A DNA stretch of 64,000 nt, from NCBI RefSeq assembly GCF_004010195.1, contig NC_057719.1, positions 44,062,475 to 44,126,474 on the forward strand, given 5' to 3'. Of the stretch, positions 39,870 through 52,662 are shown piece by piece. This DNA comes from Chiloscyllium plagiosum. Its lineage: Eukaryota. Below the pieces are notes generated by a model. The model did not search any database and was not told the origin of the DNA. It was given only the letters and a program-made list of their open reading frames with translations. The stretch's first letter is position 1; every line of letters starts with the position of its first letter. The position numbers and the translations under genes are program-made.

Positions 39870-41579
39870 ATATTGAACAGCAACACAGGCTTGAAGGGCC
39901 AAATGACCGACTGATGCTTCTAGTTTCTATGTTTCTTAACTTTATCAAAAACAAAGTAAATCAATAACAAACTCTGTCATGTATTAAAAAAATACAAATT
40001 CTGAACAAAATGTTTTCTGGTACTTATAGTGTTAACTCTGGACTGAATCCCTGTGTTGGTGGCATTCCAGCATCTGCAGCTGTGCATAACCGAGTCAATA
40101 CATTATATATAACTTAGCAATAATGTAAGATTACTATCTAATATCAGTTAGTAAACACAAAGAGTTTTTGTTTTATGGAAAAGGTTGAACAATTCTAGTT
40201 CTTTGCCACTCAGACTAGGTATCGCTTCAACAAATAATATACTGACAATCAAACAAGTGCTTGAGGTGCTACAACTGAAATCAACCTTTATGCCAAAGTT
40301 ACATCTGGTGAAGGTAACCGTTTGTTTACTATGGTTTCTAAAGTCTCCATAGTGACGAGTGGCTTGAAAGATTTGACCCTTGCATTGAACCAAGGATTGA
40401 TGCGACATGAACATTTGAAGTGTTCACTGTTTATTTAACGTAGATGATCAGAACCTTTATGATGTCATTTTACATTTGATTATTTCCCTAATTAATGATT
40501 TTATTTCAAATTTACATTGTTGTACTGAAACAACTTAATCATGAAAGGCAGACAGAAGTGAAAACGAGTACAATATAACTTTTCTATCTTCTGTAGTGTT
40601 GGATTTGTTCAGAAAGAGAGCAGTATCTTTCAAAAAAATATATTTGCAACAAACATATTAAGTAGTAAGTATTGATATGAATTAAATACACATTACAAGA
40701 AAATGTTCTACCCTGTCAAGAAACTTATTTTCTAACCTATCCATTAGGAGATGTAATTACACACTTCTGGAGCAGGTATAACTTGAACCCAGACCTCCTG
40801 GCTCAGAGGTAGGGATACTACCAAAAGTGACACAATTCTGCTTCAATTCTCTAAAACTTTGTTACTAGCAACTTGATGGCTGCTTTGGTAAAGCCAGAAT
40901 AAAGATCAGAAGGTTGTTAACTTGATTTTTCATCTTCCTGAATTTCTGATCTTGAATAAGATGGCAACTTATAAACATTGGGAAAGAATAAAATTATTTA
41001 CAAGACTTCTCAAAAATCAAACTCTGGGTGCATCTCAAGTGATGACAGGAACACATTGGTTCAAATCTCCCAACTTTTAACTGGGGCAATTTTAGGATCC
41101 AATGTCTATTGGTCCAGATTTGAGGCAATGGAAGGGCCTATTGGAAGTTCAAAGTTCACGTGCAACTACTGAACATGTGCAACTACTGCCAGGAATTCCT
41201 TTTGATCTCAACATAAATTAGTGGCAAACTTCTGCAATTCAAATCAGAAGATGTGGGCCATTGATTTCTAAACTACACTGCTTCTGAACTTTCTCAGCTC
41301 TGATTCCTGCTAGCAACAATCAATGTCCTTCTCACTCAATTTTCGAAGAAACCCAAACAACCATGTCTTGTTCGTCATCTCAGTTTCTTCTGTGTGATCC
41401 TAAGTAAAGTCAAAAGTTCGCATCCACCCAATTCTGGCCTTTTGTGTATCTCCCACTTCCTACTCCTCACCACTGGTAGTCACTCTGTAGTTGAGATCAG
41501 TCTCAATATTGAAATTTCACCCCCTCTCCTCCTTTATTATTACCCTTTAATTATACCTCTTTGACAAAGATTTCTATGT

Positions 41580-41783
41580 TGAAACTTTATTGCTGGAACA
41601 GCACAGCACGTCAGGCAGCATCCAGGGAACAGGAGATTCGATGTTTCGGGCACAGGCCCTTCTTCAGGAATGTGCCCGAAACGTCGAATCTCCTGTTCCC
41701 TGGATGCTGCCTGACCTGCTGTGCTGTTCCAGCAATAAAGTTTCAACTTTGATCTCCAGCATCTGCAGACCTCACTTTCTCCT
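41580..41783. mobile_element. Inverted (hairpin) PLE mini-insertion with 15-bp TSD
   Basis: Arms 41578-41654 and 41671-41747 with a 36-nt tail. Flanking repeat caaagatttctatgt (41565-41579) / caaagttttctatgt (41784-41798). Hammerhead core on minus at 41636-41671. Confidence 0.85.
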
Positions 41784-44016
41784 CAAAGTTTTCTATGTCA
41801 CCATCCCAAAGCTTCCTCTTTTAGTCCAGTGTTAAACTTTGTCTGATTATGAACTTTGGTTTAAGGTTGGGAATATCCCAGTGGTTGAGATTTCCTACTC
41901 AGGGTAACTATTAATCAAAGTTATTGACTTTGCTCCAGGGACATCTGTTCATGGAACTCTAACAAGAGTTAGTACTGCCAGGGATAAGGAAGCAGAATAA
42001 AACATGTAACCTTAAAAGGTTAGTTGCCTGATCATTCATTCCTTCTACAGGTTACATACAAGCCACTCCAACAGGAACAGCACATAAAATACTTTAACCT
42101 CCAGGGAAAGATTCTGTTTTCATCCTAAACATACATGAAACAAACCTCCCGTTTGCCTCACTAAGTCTGTCTGTTTATACTGTATTATCTAAACAAAAAT
42201 GAATTTTTTGAAAAATCAATCATAAGTTTTATCAAACATGGTATGAAATTTCAAGAAGTCACAAAAATGCTGATTTTTTAAAAACCCTGTCACATCAAGT
42301 GGAAATATTATGTTAGCCAAGTCTGGCAAATGGAATATTTCCTTTGTTCAATACATTGTGTTAAAATGTAATTATTGGGTACATCGAGTTAAAATGTATT
42401 CAAGTTCCTCTGAGAAATCTGTTATCATGCACAAATAAGACAGCCATAAACTGTTCAATAGAAGTGAATCAAATCATTCTAAACATACACTGGAAGAACA
42501 CGTTCTGCCTTGACTATTCTGCTTTGATTGTTCAAAAAATTGTTACTAGCAACCTTTTGGCTACTTTGGTAAAACCAGTATGACACCGAAATCAGATGAC
42601 TGCAATCTTGATTGCTATTCTTATCTGTTTGAGATAGCAAACTTGGAAAGGTATCAAAACATGAGTGAGCACTCATCTAAATACACCAGAACAGGTCTCA
42701 ATATCTTTATGACAATTGAAACAAAGAAAAAGATAAATACAGCAAGAAAGGAAAAGCATCAATTAATTTGTCATTAAATAAAAACAAATATTGTCAAAGA
42801 CAAATGTTAACCGCAGGAGTGAAGTTTTTAGTACAAATTAAGGTCAAAGCAAATTTCCCAACCCAGTATTTTTGTTGCCATCTGATGTGGTGATTTCGCT
42901 ATAGTGTTTATGTGGTATATGAATAAATGCAGAACCTGAAAGTCAATATAATTGTAAATCTGTCAAATCCTAAATTAAGCTAGGAGAAAACTTTATAATG
43001 AATTACTTTTAATGGAGGGGGGGGGGATGGGTGCAGATGTGAAGAACATGCTAGACTGGAACAAAATGGCAAGCTAGACCTTCAAAGAGAAGAGCACTGC
43101 TTCAGATTATACATTTTAATTTCATACATGTTTCACACAATAAAATCATCATATAGCAATCAAATGTGCAGTTTACATTTATAATTATTTGTATTATGCC
43201 TGATACATTTTGATGAGCCGTAAAGCTCTCCCTGTTAAACAGATCTTTAAAGTTGTTGATGACATTTTCACCCAGTCAAGTTGCTACTGGTTCTGAGATT
43301 CCACCTCCCAATGGTTCAATTGTTAATCGGTCAATGGATCTTGCTATTTCTCAATTAAGTAACCAAGAACTGAGCCTTACATCTGATGGCAGCCATCCAC
43401 TTACTTTCTGCTGTGACAAAAACTTTATTGCATTTTTTTTCCTGTATGTTTTGAACAACAATACATTCTACTCAATAGTCACTGAGAAGTACACATACCA
43501 AACGTAAGAAGGTACAATAAATTCCCGTGGTTGAGCATCAAGTACAGCATGCTAAAGATTCTATATTTATCAAATATTTATCAAGCTCTTATAAAGAAAC
43601 AGTTTAGTTATAAAAGATCCTCAGAAATTAGTTTAGAATTAGAGTTTAGAAATCCAGAGATATCAATGGATAGTGTAACAAATGGCTGTTACTTTTAATT
43701 ATTTCTGGTAAAATCAACTTTTTATTTAAAGTACAGAAAATCCTCTTTCTGATCAAGGCCTTACTCTACTGCTTGCTATTACTACTACTTTATCATGAAA
43801 ATGCAACATATACACAGAACACAACTATATCCAAATATCCTGTCCAAATTCAATTGACATTACCAACTAACTGACCAGTTGCATTCTGCAACTGGATGAA
43901 TCAATCATCCTCTCTGCACTGAACTACAGAATCGGATAAACAATGAGCTAATGTATATACTTGACACCTCATTTATATTGATAAAATCAATGTCATTGTT
44001 AAGCCAACATCTCAAT

Positions 44017-45700
44017 TACAAAAGCAAAATGCTATGGATGCTGAAAATTGAAAAGAAAATCAGAAAATGCTGGAAATACCCAGCAAGTCAGGCAGCATCT
44101 GTGGAGACAGTAATAGAGTTAACATTTCAAGTTGATGTCCTTTTAGAAAAGCTGGTAAAAGTTACAGATGTGACAGGTTTAAAGCAATGATATTCAGCAG
44201 GGCAAGGTGATGGGAGGAAAGAACAACAAGGTAGATATGCAGTAATTTGGAAGGCAGGAGAATTCAAATGTTGTTGGCGTAATGGTGCATGATGGGAAAA
44301 GGACGTAGTAATAGGGTAAGTAAAGAAACAACAAAAAAAATTTAGAAGGGATTTGAGAAAGAACAGCAGAATCATCGTCAACAGCTGTCAAAAAATTTGG
44401 AGGTTAAGGTTATGATTTAAAATGTTGAACTCAGTGTTGAGGTTGGAAGTCTGTATATGCCTAACTGAAAGCTGAAGTGCGTTTGGGGTTCATTAGCATT
44501 GTAAAGTAAGTAAAGTCACCACAGTCAGAGGACCACAGTGCTGTTCTATCATTGGAGACAACTGGTGGTGTTTTAAGCTGAGGTTCACCATGTCTCAGGT
44601 GAGAGGCAAGGTTGAGGAGGTAGGACCTTCATGGTAACCTCAGTTGGTGTCACTCTACATCGGAAACCAGTCATCCAATGCGCTAACATACTCTGAGGAT
44701 GCTAAAGACAGAGAGGTCAGAGTGGGAGTATAGTGTCAATTAATCAGACAGAAACCTAAGGTCAAATGTGCTGATTTAACGGAGGTGTTCTGTAAAACAG
44801 TTGTTCAACCTGTGTTGGTCTCCCCAGTGTAGAATGAACTTCATTGTGAGTAAGTATAATTTATTTGAATGGTGAGAAGGTGAAAGACAGGTGTTGCATC
44901 TCCTGTGCTTGCCTGGAAAGTGAGGGAAGTTGGGAGTAATAAAGCAATGGACCAGAGTCCACACAAGGAATGATCCCTTTGGAATGCTGAAAGGGAAGAG
45001 GACAGGAAGGTGTCATTGTGCTGCCATCATGCTTATGATGTTGGGAATGGCAGAGGATGATCTGTTGAATGTGAAGGCTGGTGGGGTGGAAAGTGAGAAC
45101 AAGGTAAACTCTATTGTGGTCCTTGGATGGATAGGAAGAGGCAAAAGCAGAAAAGCAAGAAATTGAATACAATTAAGGCTCTGTCAGCCACACTAATTGG
45201 GAATCCTCAGTTAAGATTAATGGCAGATTTCTGAAGCACTGTAATATAAGATGGTATTGTCAGATCAAATGCAATGGTGATGAATTCATATAGGAAACGG
45301 GGCGGAGTACAAGTAGTCAAATTAGTTGTGGAAGTCAGTGGGTTTATAGTTAATCATTTATCTTCAGCCAATCAGCAGAAATGGAGCTAGAAAAACTGAG
45401 AAAGGAAATGGAAATATCAGAGTTAGATAATGTAAAATGAGGTAAGGGTAAAAGTTGAAAGCAAAGTTAGTGAATATTTCACGTTCAGAATCAGAGAGAC
45501 TAATGGCACTGGTTGTGATCAGGAAATAGGATGAGGACGGGGAGTCAAATAGTTCTAGCACAGAAAATGTAGCACATTGCCTCAGCTAAGCAAAGCAGCT
45601 AGGACAGTCAGTACCTCTACTGCAATTTTTATTGGGAAAAAGTGAGCAGAGTGAAAGCCAAAAAGAAAACCATACCTGCTGCGCCTTGCCCTCATGCAGT
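44017..45700 (-). mobile_element. Degraded Penelope-like retroelement (RT-linker and GIY-YIG endonuclease remnants plus pLTR)
   Basis: Minus-strand NRVYLVLTFHPTSLHIQQIIL (PLE linker), RCNTC and RLNNCFTEHLR (GIY-YIG RLxxRFxEH motif); PLE-type end at 44017-44150. Confidence 0.7.
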
Positions 45701-46134
45701 GCTGCCATTTCCATGAAGCAGTTTTCCCTTTCATGTCTGATCATGTTTACATTTTGAAGGTGAGGTGCATAATCTCATTTTGTTTGAAAGGTCAGGCTAC
45801 ATCCTGGAAGTGGGTTGCCTGCCCAGGCTCCATTCTGTCTCCATCAAAACTGGTTAACAGCGCATCTTGGGGTCAAGTTGGAAGTTTTAAAAAATTTGTC
45901 ATCCCATCCTGACATCAACCTAATTTTTATTGTTGTTACTATTTCTCCCATTGTTCCTCCTTCTAGTATTTCAGATGTTATTAACAATTAAGAAATGGTA
46001 ATAATGTAAATTCTGACATATATAAATGGATTAAGGTCACAGTTTAATCAGCACAAATAAATTAAGTTCTTAATTTAGACATAATTTTCTTAATTAAGAC
46101 ATAAAATGATGTCGAAAAGCAAAGATAGCCTTAC

Positions 46135-46317
46135 CCTGCCTGAGAGGTTTCCCTGAAGAACAGACTGCAGCAATACTGGAGCCACTTCTTGTAACTGTAG
46201 CATATGACAGAGATCAGTCAGCTCCTCTCGGCCCAGTGACCCAGTGCCTATGGTATCAAAGCTATCAAACACCTCTTTCAACCGTGCCTCATATTTATCT
46301 TGCTCTGCTTCGTCCAT
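46135..46317 (-). CDS. NIN: Ninein, first coding exon (N-terminal EF-hand region), 183 nt / 61 codons; the exon extends to 46341 as 5'UTR
   Basis: Translation MDEAEQDKYEARLKEVFDSFDTIGTGSLGREELTDLCHMLQLQEVAPVLLQSVLQGNLSGR closely matches the vertebrate ninein N-terminus as I recall it (MDEVEQDQHEARLKELFDSFDTTGTGSLGQEELTDLCHML...). Acceptor catcaacag|G at 46342/46341, ATG at 46317, phase-0 donor AGG|gtaagg at 46135/46134. Confidence 0.95.
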
Positions 46318-46469
46318 CCCATAGCACAGCACGACAACAACCTGTTGATGAATGAAACAATAACTTCAACAAATGTTCTGCATGTTTTCCTTGTCCCTCC
46401 ACAAAAATGAACATTTGGTATTCCTGTAGATACCTTTACAAACTTTTGATAGATCACTGCATAGTAGAC

Positions 46470-47870
46470 TTGAGACTAAGATCAGAATAAGTAGTAGAAA
46501 AGTAACAAAATGAACAGTGAGCTGTCTACAAAATATACAATAGGCATTAAAAGACTGTCATTTTACATGGCAGGACTGCTGTGTAAAGGATTTGGGATTC
46601 TGGAGCAACCTTGCGATCATACGGCAATGATGCTGCTCCTTAATGGGCATAAATAGCACAGTATGGGGAGAGTAAACAAAGTCGAGAGAAACCCGTGGGG
46701 AGCAAGGTAGATGGTGGATGTCTAGCCAAGTGAATGCTAGAAACACATGCAGAAAAGTGGGAGGGTTAGACAAATAACCTTAGGTGGTTGACTCCATGGA
46801 ATAGACTTTCAAATTTTAACAGTAGGATTAGAGTATGGTATACCTCTGAACACCACGTATTATAGTACTTAATCTCAATATGTGCACAGAAGGACAAGCC
46901 TAAAGACAGTTCTTGACCATGCCTTATCTTTAACAACTCTGTCTTGAACCTAAAGCCATGGGTGTAAGCATAAAACCACACAACAAAAGAGGAACTATTA
47001 GAGTTCACGATTTACATAAACAATCTGAATTTCAGATTCAGAAATAAAATTTGCAGCAACACCAATTGGGATGGAGTTAATAGGCAACAGAACATCTATT
47101 AATTATAATAAAACATAAATATACTTTCAGAATGGACAAGATCATTGACAAATTAACTTCAATATATACGAGCAGTACAAGATCAATTTTGGTAAGCAAG
47201 AATAAAGAGGTTAAATACTCTTAAGAAAATAAATGTTTCAATGGGGAAATGAATTCTGAGGTTATAGAAAAGCAAATCACATGAGGAAGTCACCCAGTTT
47301 AATAAGGTCTAAAGAAAATCAAACATAATACTGGATTTATTTTTAAAAGGATACAGCAGATTATGTAAAACCTCAGTTGTATTGCATGTGTGAACAGTTC
47401 TGCTCTCCACATTATTAAAAGGATATGGCACTGGAGTAGACGCAAAATGAAAACATTCACAAGGATGACATCCAAACTAATTGGACAGACTGGGTCACCT
47501 TGCTCTAGAACAGAGAGGACTGAGGGATAGCCTGATAAATGATGAATGCATAGCAGCAGTGAAGATCTTTTCACCTAATGGAAACCATAACTATGGCCAT
47601 AAACAGAAGGTAAACACTGATAAATCCAATTGAAGAAAGATGTCTTTAGCCAGAGTGGGTTTGGAATGCGTAAATCACTACTACCGTGAGTAGTTGAGAC
47701 AAATAAAATAGATAAAGTTATAGGGAATCTTGATTAAAAAATGAGAAAGGAAGGATCTAAATGATATATTGATGGAGTTAGATGAACTAAGCTAAGAGAA
47801 GGTTCATTTGGAGCATAAACATTAACATGAACTTGTTGAAACAATGGCTTGTTTCTGCATTCTAATTACT
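46470..47870 (+). mobile_element. Very old CR1 remnant
   Basis: Degenerate similarity to the CR1 RT and 3' end. Confidence 0.5.
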
Positions 47871-48899
47871 GCACAGGGTCACATCAATTGCATTCTACAT
47901 TAGGAAGGTTGAAGAACGGCAATATTCTACATCTTCTGATACAAATGAAGCCATTAGTGAGGTAAGTGCTGGCCCAGCCTGATGCCCAACTCTCATGAGT
48001 GAATTAAAAACAAGACCAGATGCTCAGAGGTTAGGAATCCTGTGCTGCTGAACTCACTAGCTGGTGAAAGTTCTCCAAAGTGAAACTTATGGAATACCTT
48101 CAACCAGCAAAAGAATGTGCTGCACTTCAATTGCTACAATTCGATTCCTCTCTTATCAATCAGAGAAGTGGATGATTGGAGATAGCTGCATTTATTAGAG
48201 AACTCCATACATATAGGTTGGAGATTGCATTCAAAGCTCGAGATAAATCTCGGGGTCTAGGAGAGGAGCTAGGACCTGAAATGTCTATTTGGAAAGCCTC
48301 GCACTTGTATCTTATGGAAGCACTGATAGAATCTGACTTGTATCTATTAGGTTTTTAGAGGGAGAGCTCTGTAAGATGTCGTGGGTTCTTAAAGTCACCT
48401 GAAAAAGTTATGGTATGAAGTGGGAAATGGGTAACTCAGATGTGAATTTACTATCATTATGGAGCACAGATTCACACTTTGCAGCTCATTGTTATGCAAC
48501 TGTTATCAGTGAGGATGCACAGACATGGCACAAATACAACAAAGCACGACAGGGATAGTGAGGTCGAAGACACATAAGGAGTCCTCTCAGGATGTGGGAA
48601 AACTCAGCAGTATTCAAAAGGAAGTGGACTCCCTGATGTGACTCACATGCCTGTTGCACAAGGATTGTTTTAGTCCAAATATCCAAGAATGCGAGGTAAG
48701 GTATGTTCACTGTATCACACCTGCTTTAATGTTAACATTGGTGCAGGGCAAAGCTTCTTTTTGCACTTTTATCTTTTGCAGAGGTGAGGAATCAGAGTCA
48801 AAATCAAAATGAAAAGTTAATATTTAAATGCATGTAAAAATCAAATAGCACAACATGTCAATCCTTGAAGGGGTATAGAGCAAACAGAGGGCTGGTAGC

Positions 48900-50150
48900 T
48901 AACCGTGCAAACAAAAATAGCAAGGACAGAAAAAGTCTCAACACAGCTCAGTCTTCCTGGATGCAGGTCGGTAAAAAATTTCCTCTAGTTTCTTAACCTT
49001 GGTGGTATATTGCCCTATCTTTCTGTCTTTGATATTCCTCTTGGGCTATCGCAACATCCTTATCCTCATCTTCCTTCCCAGGTTTCCTCTCACTCCTGCA
49101 ATCTCCTCATCTGCCAACACATTCCTCCATTGGTGACTGAGATTATGGAGGGTGCAGCGCACCTGCATGCCTCTACCAGACAGGTACAGACAATGAAATC
49201 TCAGACACAGAAGACCAATTGTTTGTTCTTCATGACCTTGGTAAACGTATGGACAACACTGTATCTCTCATTGGTTGCAGTCTGGAATTTCTAAGATGTG
49301 TCATCAGTTAGGTGTCAAGGGGTTATTTCTCATCTTTCAGTGATCATCCTTGTGTGGGCCAAGGGCCTCTGGAAAAGGCTGGCACCTGTGGGTGGTCCTA
49401 GATATATGAGTCATGGTAGGATCTTGGATATATATAGTGCAGATCTGCAGTATTTTGTGTTGCCACAAATGAGTTATGCACAAAGGGAGTGTAAACCTCT
49501 TTTGTTGAAGAAGACAGCTGGTTCAAGATAGGGTGTAGGTGATTGCTTTCTGAACCTGAAGGACAGCAGCTGCCTGTCTGCCCCGACATTGAGGGGGAAT
49601 GCGATGGTTCTTGTGAGGATGACCTCTGGATTCAGTTATATGTTGAGAATTGTGAAAGACCATAAAGATCCCCAATAGCTCTTTGAAATGATCCACTGAC
49701 AAAGAAACTAAAAGGCAGCACTAACTCTGAGGGCTACTCAGTCCTTGTGAGCACCAGTCCTTCTCCAGCAGCTGGCATTGATATGACACAATGACTCAAG
49801 ACATTCTTAGTCATCTTCTGCACCAGCTGTTACTGATTTGCAGATAGCTCCTCCTAAGCCTGAGATCCTGTTCTGTGAATGAGCGCCTCTTTTCTGTGGT
49901 GGCTCTTGTCTTGCAGCTCCTTCCTACGGAGATGTGTGGGAGTCACTGGCTGCTGCTGCTGTTCATACAGATGAGGTTCTTTCTGCTGTCTTCTGTGGGA
50001 TTCTTTTGCAGACCACAAGAAGAACTGCTGAGTTGACCTCTGCCATACACTTCAAATTACAGCAGATGTGTGAGATCAGTAATGTCATAGGCAACTGAGG
50101 TGTGCAGCTGCCATTTGAAGGTCCTGCACAAGCTGGTTGGCATCCAACAT
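48900..50150 (-). pseudogene. Fossil PIF/Harbinger element: HARBI1-like transposase, with a possible Myb/SANT remnant upstream
   Basis: Minus-strand motifs in order: RRSYLQISNSWCRR, FFVSGSFQRAIGDLYGLSQ (~49640-49710), FFNKRGLHS, YPRSYHDSYI and LMTHLRN. These parallel the Harbinger motifs FYxSGSFQ, NRKGFHS, PGSxHD and LMTP. Confidence 0.75.
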
Positions 50151-52662
50151 ATTGAGGTCCATGCGCAGAATCCACTATCACGTACAGAAATCAGCCGTCC
50201 TTGCACCAAAATAACTAAATTAGGGGAAAATAGGTCATAGGATTCCAATTCAAGAAACTGTCTACCTTAGCCACTGAGTAAGATGAGGTATTGAGTGAGT
50301 GTACCTCACTCCATTCTGTCTGGTTAGTCTCAGAGATCATAAGATGCCAAGTAAAGCACAATGTCCACTCAATCACTCCTTCATGAGACATCAGAATGAG
50401 GATGTTTGTTACAACATTCCTCCATGATCATGATATCCAGAGGTGGACTTGAACTCAGACCCTCTTGCTCAGTGGCAGGGACACTGCCACTGCATCACAA
50501 GACCCCCCTTTGTATACTGCTTAATGTGAAGATAGGTACATTGTGTAATCACTGGACTCATGCTTACTGAAGTTGAGGGTTTCACATTCCAGCCTTGAAC
50601 TTTTACTCACTTTCAAAAAAAAGATGCTGCTTTGTCGAACCCAAAGTTTACTGGATAGAGAAGTTTAGACTTTGCATTTACTGCAGTGATTTTCAGACTC
50701 CACTTGCAATCCATGAAATACCGCTCATTCTTGATGTCTCCTGTTGTGATGTGATCCCTGTGCTCCTGATGACCCTTCACCCAACTTAGATTGAGTTATG
50801 TGGCCATTAATTTCCATGTTGTAGCCCCAGAGCTGCTGACGATTGAGCGCTGATATCTTGCACTCTCCCTGGAGGCCAGAGTTACCACAGCTTACTTTGA
50901 CCCCACACTTTGAGACCATGCAGTCCTCTCCCAAATCCTACCAGATCCTAACTTACTATCTACCATTGCCCCCTATAACTGTGACCACTCAATGCAATCC
51001 CAGATTTGAGCTGCCTGTGGCCTTGATAATGCCACAGATTGGTTATAAATCCCAATCCAGACTTTAATCACCAAAGCTGAATGACATGGCCTATTCCTAT
51101 GGATGCAACCTGCAAGACTTCCCTGACTGAATGACTACCATGTTGCAGATTTATTTTGCTTAACTACGAGGACTGACTGTGCCCAATCCCTGGATGGTAA
51201 CTATGTGGAACCCTGGACTTACATTGACCAAAGCTTACTAACTGGGCAACTGAAGTAAAACCCCAGGCTAGAAATGGCCCAGCCCTGGAATACTGATCAG
51301 GGTCCAACCTTGAACCATGTATTAAGCCTTCCTTTTCCCTTTCACATACTGAGATGCCCTTTCTGCACATGAAGTGTGATTGCAGCAAAAACTGCTGATA
51401 CAAGCATTGGCTTCAATGTTGTGTCGCAACATGTACCCCTACTTTTACACTGACTCTTCAGCATTTCCTACAGCTGCACGCTGCTTGCATTTCCTTCTGC
51501 GCAAAAGTGCCACCTGAGAAGCTGCATGGTGCATTGTCATTCTTCAATTACATACAGCAATATCCAGGAACACATCACGTCTAAGTCAACATGGAGGAAC
51601 CTACAGCAGTTGTTAGTCATTCCTACGAAATTGAAGAAATGGAGCATTCAGAGATATCAGTCGTGGAAATGAAACCTGTGTACTCACCTGGAGAAGAGGG
51701 AGAGGACCAACGTTACTGAGTGTATGCTTGGTTTATACAGTTGAGCTTCTGAAGCATAGTTTCTCAATTGGGCAGAAGTTAATTGGGAAAACAAAGTTAA
51801 TTCCAGCGAGCAGGATAATTAATCAGATGCAAATACGTCAGTCATACTATGCCTGGAGTTTTCAACTGATTTATTGAAACGTATAGCAAATTCAATTTTA
51901 CAACATGTAGTGTATATAACTTTACAGCTACTAAACTTGCAATTTCTTAATAATGACCTTCGTTCTGTCGACAGCATGTAGCTGCTGAATGAAAGGCACT
52001 GCCTTTCTGAAAACATTTCTACTTTGAATCTCAGCATGACACTTGCTCAGCTGCAGGTAACTGTGTCATTAATCACAATACAAAAAGCTTGTTGGCATCA
52101 GCTGGATGCAAATGCACTCCCACTAGCTGTGATGATTGGAGAACACACTTAACAGTAAATGACTGCATTTATTAATGTCAGGAAGGTTTGTTGAGGTTTC
52201 CAAATAACACCAGCTGAAACATAATGTGGAACTGGAGACAACACAAAAGGGTCTGAACACTCTGATGATTACTTCAGGAGGTGATGTGATTGAAAGTAAG
52301 CTGCTTTCCTTTCAACATATAAGGGTGACTAGATTCCATGTACAATATCACCTCTGTTACTAATTCCCAAGTACAGACATGTGAAATCTAATCAGCCAAT
52401 TAAATACAGCATGACCAGATATTTACAAACACATACAATAAAGAGCAATAAAAGGAACTTTTAGGAAAACATTTGCCACATATTTAAATTGATAAAGAAA
52501 TCAAACTGTCAAAAATACAAAGTCACTGTCTCACATCATCATGTTTGACTCTTAACTGTATTCTGGAATTGCCAAGCTCAGTTTCTTCAAACGATGACAA
52601 CATTTCATGGATCTGTCCCTCCAATCACCATGCCTCAAGGCAACGAGGGCAATAAATGCAAT

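Noticed and set aside
46318..46332. Upstream start (MLCYG...) in the ORF track
   Set aside because: It is a GTG codon in the 5'UTR; the ninein-matching start is the ATG at 46317.
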